Below are positions 1 through 9,217 of a DNA stretch of 64,000 bases, in pieces. The number at the start of each line of letters is the position of its first letter. The first letter of the stretch is position 1. This DNA is from an uncultured Spirochaetota bacterium (GTDB lineage: Bacteria; Spirochaetota; Spirochaetia; SZUA-6; Fen-1364). The notes under the pieces are model-generated. The model had not been told where the DNA came from and searched no databases. It worked only from the letters and a program-made list of their open reading frames with translations. Both the position numbers and the translations under genes were made by a program. Location: NCBI GenBank assembly GCA_963734545.1, contig CAVTHO010000005.1:672001-736000 (forward strand), given 5' to 3'.

Positions 1-173
1 TCGAACATCTTCTTGCCGTGCTCGGTCTCTTCCGCCGCCTGTTTGTACATCCAGTGGGCAAAACCCTCGAGGTTCTCCGACTCGAACCACGCCGCCATCG
101 ACGTGTAGAGATACGCGGAATACCATTCGTTTTTTATCTGGTCCTGGATAAGCTTCTCGAGCTGTTTGTCCAT
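1..173 (-). CDS. ftnA: Non-haem ferritin (N-terminal part, truncated by window edge)
   Basis: Manual translation from ATG at 173: MDKQLEKLIQDQIKNEWYSAYLYTSMAAWFESENLEGFAHWMYKQAAEETEHGKKMF. Ferritin pattern E..SAYLY..MA.W...EE.EH; AGGAG RBS upstream. Confidence 0.9.
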   Translation of the reverse strand, partial: MDKQLEKLIQDQIKNEWYSAYLYTSMAAWFESENLEGFAHWMYKQAAEETEHGKKMF

Positions 174-194
174 GTGTGATCTCCTTTTGCTCTG

Positions 195-590
195 CTAGGC
201 GAGCGTCAGTGTCTGGGAGCTTTCCCATAAACCGTGAATATTGCAGTACGAAGATGCCATGATCGTGCCCGGCCTGTCCGTCCTGAACGAGCACACGACG
301 CTGGGGTGGGCATAGACTGTGCTCGTGTCCGGACCGTCGGGCGACTCTCCATGGGCGGTGAAGTCGCAGCGTGCCACCTGGAACGGGAACTTCGCTCCCT
401 CGGGCTGGAAATACACCTCGATCCACCGGATATGGTGCGGGGTGGTATTGGGGTGCGCAATCTCCTTGCCGACACTCACCGCGATCTGGACCAGCTCCCC
501 TTTTTTCGTCATTGCCGGCGCCTCGATCACCGGTACATGCTTTTCCTTTTTCCAATCCGCAGCCTGGTAAAGATCCTTCATTCCGGACAT
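195..590 (-). CDS. sor: Superoxide reductase, neelaredoxin-type (single-domain SOR)
   Basis: EKHVP, HPNTTPHHIRWI and CNIHGLW iron-ligand motifs. Confidence 0.9.
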   Translation of the reverse strand: MSGMKDLYQAADWKKEKHVPVIEAPAMTKKGELVQIAVSVGKEIAHPNTTPHHIRWIEVYFQPEGAKFPFQVARCDFTAHGESPDGPDTSTVYAHPSVVCSFRTDRPGTIMASSYCNIHGLWESSQTLTLA

Positions 591-614
591 GATTTTTGCC
601 TCCCGATTCTCAAT

Positions 615-845
615 CTACTCGATGACCCCGACGACCTCGCTCACCTCGGGCACCTTCTGCTTCAGATGCTTCTCGATGCCCAGCTTCAACGTCTGCATGC
701 CCATGGGGCAGCCCCTGCACGCGCCGGTGAGCCTGACCTTCACGACTCCGTCGTCAGACACGTCGACCAGCTCCACGTCACCCCCGTCTGCCTCGAGCGC
801 CGGCTTGATCTCATCCAGCGCGATCTGCACCTGTTCTTTCAACAT
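615..845 (-). CDS. Stand-alone Nfu/NifU C-terminal domain Fe-S carrier
   Basis: IKPALEADGGDVELV...LTGACRGCP (CxxC); AAGGAG RBS. Confidence 0.9.
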   Translation of the reverse strand: MLKEQVQIALDEIKPALEADGGDVELVDVSDDGVVKVRLTGACRGCPMGMQTLKLGIEKHLKQKVPEVSEVVGVIE

Positions 846-941
846 TTTTGAGCTCCTTTCCGGATCGGGCGCCGCGGCGTGGGGATTTTCGCGCCTGCAG
901 GCGCGATATCAAAGTAGCGAAAAAGGCGCGCGAAGTAAAGC

Positions 942-991
942 GGACCCGGGAAAACCCGGGTCCAAGCCCAGGACTACCCGGGTCCAAGCCC
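942..991. repeat. Intergenic hairpin plus 16-bp direct repeat
   Basis: GGACCCGGG-AAAA-CCCGGGTCC (942-963); ACCCGGGTCCAAGCCC at 954-969 and 976-991. Confidence 0.6.
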
Positions 992-1065
992 GGGCGGCGC
1001 GGGTCGACGCCCAGCCACCGCGCGGGGGACACATCGGCGGTCTCCGATGCTGAGCAGCTGCTCAC

Positions 1066-1093
1066 TTGATCTCCCGTCTCCGGACACTATAAT
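1066..1093 (+). promoter_or_regulatory. Sigma70-type promoter of murA, probably leaderless
   Basis: TTGATC-N16-TATAAT ending 6 nt before the ATG; no SD sequence. Confidence 0.6.
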
Positions 1094-1099
1094 CACCGC

Positions 1100-2386
1100 A
1101 TGTATGAGTACGCAATAGAGGGCGGCTTTCCCCTGAAAGGAAAGACAAGGGCGAGCGGGAACAAGAACGCCGCGCTCCCCTGTCTTGCCGCCACGCTCCT
1201 CACCGACCAGCCCGTCGTCCTCTCCAATCTTCCCGAGATCGAGGACGTGCACGTGATGATCGAGATTCTCAAGGTGCTGGGCTCTTCCGTGGAAAAAATC
1301 GGCCACAACGAGTACCGCCTGCAGACACTGGACATCAAGAGGGAGGAGATCCCGCCGCATCTGTCCCAGAAGATCCGGGCTTCGGTCCTCTTTGCCGGGC
1401 CGATGCTGGCCCGCAAAGGCCGCGTGCTTCTGCCGCCCCCCGGCGGCGACGTGATCGGACGCAGGCCCCTGGACACGCACTTTCTCGCGCTCACGGAGCT
1501 GGGGACCCGGGTGGAGTCGGGGACATTCTTCGCACTTACCGCAAACAAGCTGAAAGGCGCGGCGATTTTCCTGGATGAGACGTCCGTCACCGCGACGGAG
1601 AACACCCTCATGGCCGCTGTGCGGGCGGAGGGAACCACCGTCATCGAAAACGCGGCCTCGGAGCCGCATGTGCAGGACCTCTGCCGGATGCTGGTCTCGA
1701 TGGGTGCGCGGATCGAGGGCATCGGTTCGAACATCCTCACGATCCAGGGCGTGACGAAGCTGTCGGGCGCCGCCTTCAGGATCGGCAGCGACTTCATGGA
1801 GGTGGGCTCCCTGATCGGGCTGGCGGCGGCCACCCGGGGGGAAGTCGAGATCGAGGACGCGGCGCCGCAGAACCTGCGCATGATGAGGCTCGGGCTGGCC
1901 AAGCTGGGCATCTCGTGGGAGACGTCCGGAACCACGATCCGCGTTCCCGCGCCCCAGAGCCTGAAGGTGGTGCCGACCATGGGCGGCCAGATCCCCAAGA
2001 TCGACGACGCTCCCTGGCCCGGCTTTCCGGCGGACCTCATCAGCATCGCCCTCGTGGTGGCCACGCAGGCGGAGGGCACCGTGCTGATCCACGAGAAGAT
2101 GTTCGAGTCGCGCATGTTCTACGTGGACAAGCTCATCGGCATGGGTGCGAAGATCATCCTCTGTGACCCGCACCGCGCCGTGGTGAGCGGACCGTCCCGC
2201 CTGGGCGGCTCGGAGCTCGTTTCCCCCGACGTGCGCGCGGGAATGGCCATGCTCATCGCGGCCATGTGCGCGCAGGGGCGGAGCACGATCCAGAATGTCT
2301 ACCAGATCGAGAGGGGCTATGAGAACCTCGTCCCGCGCCTGCAGTCACTCGGCGCCCGGATCACGCGGACGGGGGATTGCCCGTGA
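1100..2386 (+). CDS. murA: UDP-N-acetylglucosamine 1-carboxyvinyltransferase (Asp-type active site)
   Basis: [52 protein letters not shown] motifs. Confidence 0.97.
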   Translation: MYEYAIEGGFPLKGKTRASGNKNAALPCLAATLLTDQPVVLSNLPEIEDVHVMIEILKVLGSSVEKIGHNEYRLQTLDIKREEIPPHLSQKIRASVLFAGPMLARKGRVLLPPPGGDVIGRRPLDTHFLALTELGTRVESGTFFALTANKLKGAAIFLDETSVTATENTLMAAVRAEGTTVIENAASEPHVQDLCRMLVSMGARIEGIGSNILTIQGVTKLSGAAFRIGSDFMEVGSLIGLAAATRGEVEIEDAAPQNLRMMRLGLAKLGISWETSGTTIRVPAPQSLKVVPTMGGQIPKIDDAPWPGFPADLISIALVVATQAEGTVLIHEKMFESRMFYVDKLIGMGAKIILCDPHRAVVSGPSRLGGSELVSPDVRAGMAMLIAAMCAQGRSTIQNVYQIERGYENLVPRLQSLGARITRTGDCP

Positions 2387-3171
2387 AGATCCCCTTCTGG
2401 CACGTGGACGCGTTCACCGACGCCTTGTTCGGCGGCAACCCCGCCGGCGTATGCATCCTCGACGAGTGGCCGCCCACGGGCGTTCTGCAGAAGATCGCCG
2501 CGGAGAACAACTTCGCCGAGACGGCTTTCGCCGCGTGCCGCGGCGAGGTCTGCGACCTGCGGTGGTTCACCCCGGCCGTTGAGATGGACCTTTGCGGCCA
2601 CGCGACCCTTGCCGCCGCGTATGTGCTCTTCTCCTTCCGCGGCTGGCCCGGCGCTTCGATCCGGTTCAACACGCAGAGCGGGCCGCTGGTGGTCGCGCGA
2701 AGCGGTGACCTGCTGGTCATGGACTTTCCTTCCCGCCCCGCGCTTCCCTGCGAGCCGCCCACCGTCCTGCTGCGCGGGCTGGGAAAAGAGCCGGTCGAGG
2801 TGCGCGGCGCACGGGACTACCTTGCCGTGTACGCCGCGGAGGAGGACGTGCGCGCTCTCGCGCCCGATATGACCCTTCTCGGGCGCATCGACCGCATGGG
2901 GGTCATTGCCACGGCGCCGGCGCGCGATCCCCGGGACGCGGATTTCGTCTCCCGGTTCTTCGCCCCGAAGGTCGGCATTCCCGAGGACCCTGTCACGGGT
3001 TCATCGCACAGCACCCTCATTCCGTACTGGGCGCGCAGGCTCGGGAAGCAGGTCCTGCGCGCGCGCCAGGTCTCCGCGCGCGGCGGCGAGCTCTTCTGTG
3101 AGGACGCGGGAGACCGGGTGAAGATCGGCGGCCGTGCCGTCCTCTACCTTGCGGGAGAGATTCATGTGTAA
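2383..3171 (+). CDS. PhzF family isomerase/epimerase
   Basis: VDAFT...[33 protein letters not shown]; GTG start overlaps murA stop (GTGA). Confidence 0.92.
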   Translation: MKIPFWHVDAFTDALFGGNPAGVCILDEWPPTGVLQKIAAENNFAETAFAACRGEVCDLRWFTPAVEMDLCGHATLAAAYVLFSFRGWPGASIRFNTQSGPLVVARSGDLLVMDFPSRPALPCEPPTVLLRGLGKEPVEVRGARDYLAVYAAEEDVRALAPDMTLLGRIDRMGVIATAPARDPRDADFVSRFFAPKVGIPEDPVTGSSHSTLIPYWARRLGKQVLRARQVSARGGELFCEDAGDRVKIGGRAVLYLAGEIHV

Positions 3172-3252
3172 ACCCGCCTGAATTGCGGATGTCCCGATCT
3201 CGTGATACCATTGTAACGAAGTGTATGAACAACTAGTAAAGCGGAGGGTATC

Positions 3253-3843
3253 ATGAAAAAGAAGACATTGTTCGCGGTGATGGTTGTTCTGCTGCTCTGC
3301 GCCGGCGCCCTGAGCGTAGGCGCGCAGCTCAGGCTGGACATGAACCTGAATTTCCCGCTTTTCTATGGGGCATATGCAAGCGGGTATACGTCAAGCGGAT
3401 TCAACAGCTACTTCATTCCGTTTCCCGAGGTCCAGCTCGCATACCAGTTCGGCGAGGGCGCGCTTCACGGCGGAGTGGGGGTTCGGACTTTCACATTCAT
3501 CATCGAGAACATCCTGTATCCCGCGGCGTTCATCGAGTACTCGATCGATCCGGTTGTGCTGAGCCTCAATGTCGGCGGCCTCATGTTCCTGGAGTTCGGG
3601 CTCCTGAGCTCCGCATTGGCGTCGAACAACATCGCTACCCTGTCGGGATTCCACAGCGTGATTCTCCCCGATTTCAATATCGCCTACAAAGTCAATGACT
3701 GGTTCCGGTTCGGCGCCGGCGTGTTTGTCTTTGCCCCGTTCGACAATGCGCTCGGCGGGTATCTCAGCGGGTTCGCGTTTGCCGGCTATATCCAGGCCAA
3801 GTTCCTCATCGTTTTTAACTGGGCATTGCCGCACCGGACCTGA
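3253..3843 (+). CDS. Exported hypothetical protein, probable outer-membrane beta-barrel
   Basis: Signal peptide MKKKTLFAVMVVLLLCAGALSVGA; alternating aromatic/hydrophobic beta-strand pattern; GGAGG RBS. Confidence 0.6.
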   Translation: MKKKTLFAVMVVLLLCAGALSVGAQLRLDMNLNFPLFYGAYASGYTSSGFNSYFIPFPEVQLAYQFGEGALHGGVGVRTFTFIIENILYPAAFIEYSIDPVVLSLNVGGLMFLEFGLLSSALASNNIATLSGFHSVILPDFNIAYKVNDWFRFGAGVFVFAPFDNALGGYLSGFAFAGYIQAKFLIVFNWALPHRT

Positions 3844-3870
3844 AGCCGGCCCTCGGGCCGGCTTCAGGTC
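3837..3870. terminator. Perfect 16-bp inverted repeat between convergent genes
   Basis: GACCTGAAGCCGGCCC-TC-GGGCCGGCTTCAGGTC; no U-tract. Confidence 0.6.
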
Positions 3871-4637
3871 TCAGAATCCCCGCTCCCGCCTTATCTCTTC
3901 GTAGGCTTCCTGGATTGCCTTGAATTTCTCCTCCGCCACCTTCACAAACTCCGGGCCCAGGTTCGCCACCTTGTCCGGGTGATTCTGAAGGGAGAGCTGC
4001 CGGTACGCGCTCTTGATCTGCTCCACGTCCGCCTCGGGGCTCAGGCCGAGTATCTTCCAGGCCCTTCCGGATTCCCGCAGGAACTCGGCGCGCACCTGGT
4101 GGAAGATCTGTTCTCCCAGCCCCAGGAGCGAGGTGATCCGGCGGATGAGGGCCTCTTCGGTCCCCGAGATGCCCCGCGCGTCCGCGCGCGCGATCTGGAA
4201 CAACAGCCGAAGGAGCAGCACCCTGCCCTCGAAGCGTGGACACCGCCGCGTAGTAGGCGCAGAGACCCTGGATATCGATCCGCGCCCTGTTGCGGTACAT
4301 CTCGTCAATGAGCCGCTGGATGACCTCCTGGTCCACGGCGGGGAAGCTGAAGTTCCGCCGGAAGAATTCCTTCATCGCTTCGATGTGGGAGACCTTCACG
4401 TTTCCGTCCGCGTCTGCGACGGAGATGGAAAGCCCGATGAGACAGGTGAGGAAGTTGACCTGGGCGCTGGACACCGGATCACCGCGCGGGATCCGCGAAC
4501 GGGAGGCAGCTCCGAGGAATTGCCGGTCTTCCGCCGCCCGGTCGAAAAGGTGCCCGATGAGGCCCCCGAAGAGGGTGCCGAACGGCCCCGCAATGGAGCC
4601 AATCAGGGCCCCGATGAGCTTTCCCGGCTATCGCCAC
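3871..4637 (-). CDS. djlA: DjlA-type membrane co-chaperone (TM anchor + TerB-like + C-terminal J domain); two apparent frameshifts
   Basis: GTG 4637 MAIAGK / LIGALIGSIAGPFGTLFGGLIGHLFD, then ADG-containing TerB-like region, then ILGL...IKSAYRQL...HPDK J domain. Frame changes near 4620 and 4235. Confidence 0.85.
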
Positions 4638-4754
4638 GACCGCTAACCCGCGCCGCGCGAAGCGCGGCTGTCCGTAGGGCGGCAGGCGCGCTTGCGCGCC
4701 GGGAGTCCCACGCGCGAAGACGATAGTTCTTTGCCTGCCATGCCCGACACGCTC

Positions 4755-6470
4755 CTACCGCGTCGATTGCCCGGCGAGCATGATGAGCGCGATCGCGAGC
4801 AGAATGACCTGAAGCGCAGCGAGAACGGCCAGCGCGGCAGAGAAGCCGAATGCAAGGACGGTGAAACCGATGATGACCCGATGCGCGTGCACGTACAGGA
4901 GCGAAAGGACGGAAAGCACGAGGGGCACCAGAGGCATCAGGATGACGGCGAATATCGACAGCCTTCCGAAATAGCGCGCCCGGAACGCCCAGCCCAGGGA
5001 AAGGGCGAAGATGGACAGGATGAGGAAGACGCACGGCATCAGCATCTTCATTCCCATGTCCACGCTCAGCGCCTCCCGGGACAACCCGAAAGAGGCCAGA
5101 TCAGCGCGCATCCGCCACAGCTCCGCAAGACCCAGCACGGCGAGCGCGTCACGCCCAAGGGACAGGGAGCGAAGCTGCTCCACCGTGGGCCGCAGGGCGA
5201 GCACGTTCATCTCGGCAGGCGCGCGGGTTCCCTGCGCATAGCGGGGAAGGAACCGAAGCCGGCTGTCCGTCCTGTCCACGCAGTTCATCAGGATCGAGTC
5301 CCCCTCCCTTCTGCCGTACGGGGCGCCGAAGTGCCACATCACCGCGCCCGCTGCGTCATAACGAACAGCTTCGATGTCGAAGAAGTACGCGTCCCCCAGC
5401 GACTGCTCCACCATCTTGCCGATATAGACGGCCTCCGTGGCGTCCTTTTCCTTCACGTTGAGGAAGAGGATGTTCTGCGTTCCCGGCAGGGTTTCCATCT
5501 TGCGCGCGTCGTCGAGGAAGAAGGTGGTCTGCGCCACCTTCTCGCTGGCAATCGCGAGGTACGTGGCGATGTCCGAGTCCCGGGGATTCTCCTTGCTGAG
5601 CTGGAGAAAGCGGTAGTAGGCGGGAACGACGTTGCCGCCGAGCAGCATCGTGTATGCCGCTTTCTTCTGCCGGAAAAGCTCCGCGTTCTTCGCGTCCTTT
5701 TCAGCCTCGAGGACGAGGTCCAGTTTTTCCGAGGCCTGCGCGGCGAGGCGGATTGCGTCCGCGCGGCGGGGGTCCAGGGCCGAGGCTGCCTGCGCATAGT
5801 AGTGGGCGGAGAACCAGTCCCGGCGCTCGAAATAGAACCTGGCCTTTTCCACGAGCGCCTGGGCGCTCGTATCCGGCGACGTCGCGGCAAGGCCCGCCAC
5901 CTTCGGACCCGGGACCGAGGGGGACTGCCGCACCGCCCGGGCCACCAGCTCGAGCCGCTGATCTGCGGCCTCCTTGTTGGACGGATCGATTGCCAGGTAG
6001 CGGTCCACCGCGTCGAGGCCGGCCCGGAAGTCCCCCTTTTTCACCTCGGCGTCGGCCTGACCCATGTATTGCCGGGCGAGGCTGCTGCGGTACTGCATGT
6101 CGGAGAGTCCCCGTCGCGCGCCCGGATACAGCCCTTCGTAGAGCACGGTATATCCGGCGGTGAGCACCAGGAACGTCACCAGCGTGGAGGAAACCAGCTT
6201 GTTGAACGGCTCGGGGGCGGCGCCGGGCGCGCGACGGGCCTGCGTGACGCCGGCCAGGGAGGCGCCCACGGCAACAGCCGCCGCGTGCACGGGGATCAGG
6301 TAGTCCATGAAGAGCACGAATCCCCGCTTCAGCGCGAACTCCCAGCGCATCGAGGGCAGGAACTGGGTTGCGGAGAACGTGAGAAGCGCATACGAGAAGA
6401 AGGCGAGGAGGCTCAGGGCGTAGAAGGCAAACAGAAAGGAAGCGATGCGGCCGAGGAGCGACCTGTTCAT
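4755..6470 (-). CDS. Polytopic membrane protein with TPR-like periplasmic region; LptF/LptG-like topology
   Basis: 3 N-terminal TMs, about 350-aa soluble region with TPR-like helices (YLAIDPSN, ASALDP), at least 3 C-terminal TMs; overlaps upstream gene (ATGA). Confidence 0.6.
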   Translation of the reverse strand: MNRSLLGRIASFLFAFYALSLLAFFSYALLTFSATQFLPSMRWEFALKRGFVLFMDYLIPVHAAAVAVGASLAGVTQARRAPGAAPEPFNKLVSSTLVTFLVLTAGYTVLYEGLYPGARRGLSDMQYRSSLARQYMGQADAEVKKGDFRAGLDAVDRYLAIDPSNKEAADQRLELVARAVRQSPSVPGPKVAGLAATSPDTSAQALVEKARFYFERRDWFSAHYYAQAASALDPRRADAIRLAAQASEKLDLVLEAEKDAKNAELFRQKKAAYTMLLGGNVVPAYYRFLQLSKENPRDSDIATYLAIASEKVAQTTFFLDDARKMETLPGTQNILFLNVKEKDATEAVYIGKMVEQSLGDAYFFDIEAVRYDAAGAVMWHFGAPYGRREGDSILMNCVDRTDSRLRFLPRYAQGTRAPAEMNVLALRPTVEQLRSLSLGRDALAVLGLAELWRMRADLASFGLSREALSVDMGMKMLMPCVFLILSIFALSLGWAFRARYFGRLSIFAVILMPLVPLVLSVLSLLYVHAHRVIIGFTVLAFGFSAALAVLAALQVILLAIALIMLAGQSTR

Positions 6471-7492
6471 ACTGCTTCCCTCTTTGTCCAGCGGTCCGGG
6501 GGGATGAAGAGGATGTCCACGAGGACCAGGATGACGCCCAATGTGGCCAGCGCGGCTGAGGGGAACAACCGCACGAGGAACGCATCCGTGACCGCTGCCG
6601 CCACCTGCGGCGCGATGGTGGTGGCCAGCAGGTGATAGAGGGAGAAGTAGCCGCGCACGGCGATGACAAGAAGCATGATGTTCGCCAGCGGCCAGCGGGT
6701 GAGCCGGAGAAGCGCAAGGGACGCGGCGCAGAGGAAGAGAAGAGCCAGGCAGGCGGCGAAGAACTCGCCCAGCGCGCCGTCACGCAGCTTCTCGAAGTCC
6801 GCCGTGAGCGTGTGGATGTCCCGGAGGAACAGGTCCGTGAACCTGTCAGCGGCAAAGACGCCGGTCCACGAAAGGGCAGGGCTGCCGGAAAGCGTGATCT
6901 GCGGCCCGCGAGTGGCCACGGTCAGCACGCCTGCCCGGGTGGAAGCGCTGCCCGCGGGATAGACGGACAGCCGATTCTCCGCCCGTGCCGGATCGTACAC
7001 CAGTATCCCCTGGAGAGTGCCGTCGGTGAGCGCGCGCGCGGAAAGCACGGAGTCTCCCATCCTGATGAAGGTGGAAGGCTGGATGTACTGGCGCGGCACC
7101 TCCACCGGGCTCTGGGATTTCGCGCTCAGCGTGCGAATCCAGATCATGCCGTTCACGAGCGCGGCGTAGCTCACGACGAGCACGATCACCAGCCCGAGAA
7201 AACGGGAGAAAGGCTTTCTGGCCATGCGCAGACCCAGGAGCACGATGGAGAGAACGACGGAAGGTATGAGCGTTTCGGAGATGCTGCGGGGGAATCCCTG
7301 CACGACGTAGGCGAAGCTGAAGGCGCGGGTTGCCGAGTCATACATGCCCCAGGTGTACAGGACGTTCAAGGCGGAGAGGATGAGGGTGGCGCACAGGAGC
7401 ATGAACAGGAAAATGAACGGCGCTTTCAGGGGCTCTTTCACTGGCGCTGATCGTACCACGGGACGCAGGGCTTGAAAAGCATGGTCACTCAT
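6467..7492 (-). CDS. Polytopic membrane protein, LptF/LptG-like topology
   Basis: 3 TMs, beta-rich loop (FIRMGDSVLSARALTDGTLQGILVYD), 3 TMs. Confidence 0.6.
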   Translation of the reverse strand: MSDHAFQALRPVVRSAPVKEPLKAPFIFLFMLLCATLILSALNVLYTWGMYDSATRAFSFAYVVQGFPRSISETLIPSVVLSIVLLGLRMARKPFSRFLGLVIVLVVSYAALVNGMIWIRTLSAKSQSPVEVPRQYIQPSTFIRMGDSVLSARALTDGTLQGILVYDPARAENRLSVYPAGSASTRAGVLTVATRGPQITLSGSPALSWTGVFAADRFTDLFLRDIHTLTADFEKLRDGALGEFFAACLALLFLCAASLALLRLTRWPLANIMLLVIAVRGYFSLYHLLATTIAPQVAAAVTDAFLVRLFPSAALATLGVILVLVDILFIPPDRWTKREAV

Positions 7493-7498
7493 GGCCCA

Positions 7499-8131
7499 TC
7501 ACGGAACCATGTACCCCTGGCCGCGCACGCACACGATGAACCGGCCCGCCTCGCGCACCGCGCAGCGCATCTTCTTCCGAAGCGCGACGATGTGCACGTC
7601 CACGGCCCGGCTGGTGGTTGACGGGGGCGCGTCGGCAATGGAATATGCCAGGGCCTCGCGGGGCACCGGGCGCCCCCGGTTGCGCAAAAGCGCCCGGAGA
7701 ATGCGCGATTCATGGAGAGTGAGGGCCGCGAGCCCGCCGGGAGTGCGCAGGTCCTTGCCTTCAAAGGAAACCTCGCCCCAGGGAAAGCGGTAGCGTCTCT
7801 CCGCGCGTGCAAGCGCGGCGTGCGCGCGAAGACCCAGCTCCTCGGGTGACCACGGCTCCTTCAGGAAATCGTCACAGCCGGCAAGAAACGCGGTCCGCAT
7901 GAGCTCCGCGGGTCCCCACGCGATCACCGGAACGCCGCGGCCGGGCAGCCCCTGCGCTTCCGCGGCAGGCACGACGTAGAGCTCGGCCTCGTCCGCCGGT
8001 ATCGGCTCATCTGTGGTCAGGAAATGAAACGGGCCTCTCCGCAGAGAAGCCCGGATACGCTCGCACACGACGGGATCGCAGCCGACGATATTGATCGTCC
8101 GCTCTTTCTCACTTCTTGTCTTTGTCTTCAA
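7499..8131 (-). CDS. OmpR/PhoB-type winged-helix regulator with degenerate receiver domain (start uncertain)
   Basis: AGCDDFLKEPWSPEEL, LTLHESRILRALL, REAL, SRAVDVHIVALRKK, VRGQGY. Confidence 0.8.
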   Translation of the reverse strand: MKTKTRSEKERTINIVGCDPVVCERIRASLRRGPFHFLTTDEPIPADEAELYVVPAAEAQGLPGRGVPVIAWGPAELMRTAFLAGCDDFLKEPWSPEELGLRAHAALARAERRYRFPWGEVSFEGKDLRTPGGLAALTLHESRILRALLRNRGRPVPREALAYSIADAPPSTTSRAVDVHIVALRKKMRCAVREAGRFIVCVRGQGYMVP

Positions 8132-8804
8132 TCTGGCCCATCTTGGCCTTGAGATCCTCCAGGAGCTTGTCGGAGCTCTGATCGGACGACTCCAGCTCCT
8201 TGAACTTGTCTTCCAGCTTCTGATCAGCGGTCACTGCGCCTATCTCTTTCAAGGCCTCCGCTTCCGCTTCGACCTGGTCCACTTTCTGCGCCATGCGGTC
8301 GAACGTATCGAAGGAGGAATTGGCGGACAGCGACCCCATGGTCTGCTGGATCTGCTTCTGCGCCTCCGCCCTCTTGGCGCGGGCGACGAGAAGGTTCTTC
8401 TTCCGGCTGGCCTCCTCGATCTTGGCCTGGAGCTGCCGCAGGGCGTCCTTCAGCTGTTCGACGGCGGCGTGCTGACTGTCGAACTCCTTCTGGAAAGACG
8501 CCGCGTAGCCGTCATATTCCTGCTTGCGGACGAGCGCTTCCTTTGCAAGGTCATCCTTGCCCGCCTTCACGGCGAGCATGGCCTTCTTTTCCCAATCCTC
8601 TCCCTGCGTCTTGTTCTCCAGCGCCTGCCGCTCGAGCTTTTTCTCGTCCGCAATGGCCATGGCCACCTGTTTCTTGGCCTCGAGAAGCTGCTCGTTCATG
8701 TCCATGATGAGCTGGTTGAGCATCTTCTCGGGATCTTCGGCCTTGCTGATGAGGGCGTTGATGTTTGCTTTGAGGACCGTGCGTATTCGATCAAGGATCC
8801 CCAT
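8109..8804 (-). CDS. pspA: PspA/IM30 family phage-shock protein
   Basis: MGILDRIRTVLKANINALISKAEDPEKML, DDLAKEAL, FDRMAQKV; coiled coil. Confidence 0.95.
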   Translation of the reverse strand: MGILDRIRTVLKANINALISKAEDPEKMLNQLIMDMNEQLLEAKKQVAMAIADEKKLERQALENKTQGEDWEKKAMLAVKAGKDDLAKEALVRKQEYDGYAASFQKEFDSQHAAVEQLKDALRQLQAKIEEASRKKNLLVARAKRAEAQKQIQQTMGSLSANSSFDTFDRMAQKVDQVEAEAEALKEIGAVTADQKLEDKFKELESSDQSSDKLLEDLKAKMGQIEDKDKK

Positions 8805-8816
8805 GGGTTCCTCCTG

Positions 8817-9207
8817 CTATGCCTTGACTCGGTACTTCGAGAGGGGCCGATAGTGCTGGGCAAGGGCGAGCCCGATGGCGTCGATCGATGCCTCGAACTC
8901 TTCCAGGTCCATGGACTCTGCTTCCAGCGTGTCGATGATGACGATATTCTTTCCGTCCACGGCGTACGCCCCGTGCACCATGTCCGTGGCGTTGAGCCGC
9001 AGCAGCTCCTCGAAGAGTTTTTCCTTGCCCTTGGCGGGGATCTCCATGACGTGGATCCGCATGATGACCAGCGGCTCGGTAAGGACGATCAGGAGGTTTT
9101 CCAGGCCCTTCTGCGTGTCCCGGATCACCCATGTGTTGGGAGCCGGCGGCCTGGAAAGAGAGGGTGAGCTTGACGAGGTAGCTTTCGATCTTCTCCTGCA
9201 GGCTCAT
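8817..9207 (-). CDS. CesT/YbjN-like (type III chaperone fold) protein; apparent frameshift near 9140
   Basis: MSLQEKIESYLVKLTLSF... continues in another frame as WVIRD...LFEELLRLNATDMVHGAYA...LDLEEF-like segment. Confidence 0.75.
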
Positions 9208-9217
9208 CCGGCGTCCC

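Noticed and set aside
4692-6635. Long antisense or alternative-frame ORFs (e.g. 4692..6635 +, 34367..36460 -, 55370..56623 +, 62438..63946 +, 62472..63890 -)
   Set aside because: Shadow ORFs expected in GC-rich coding DNA. They show no family motifs and overlap well-supported genes.
8817-9207. Type III secretion system inferred from the CesT-like gene
   Set aside because: No injectisome genes are nearby, and this fold also occurs in non-secretion contexts such as pspA neighbourhoods.
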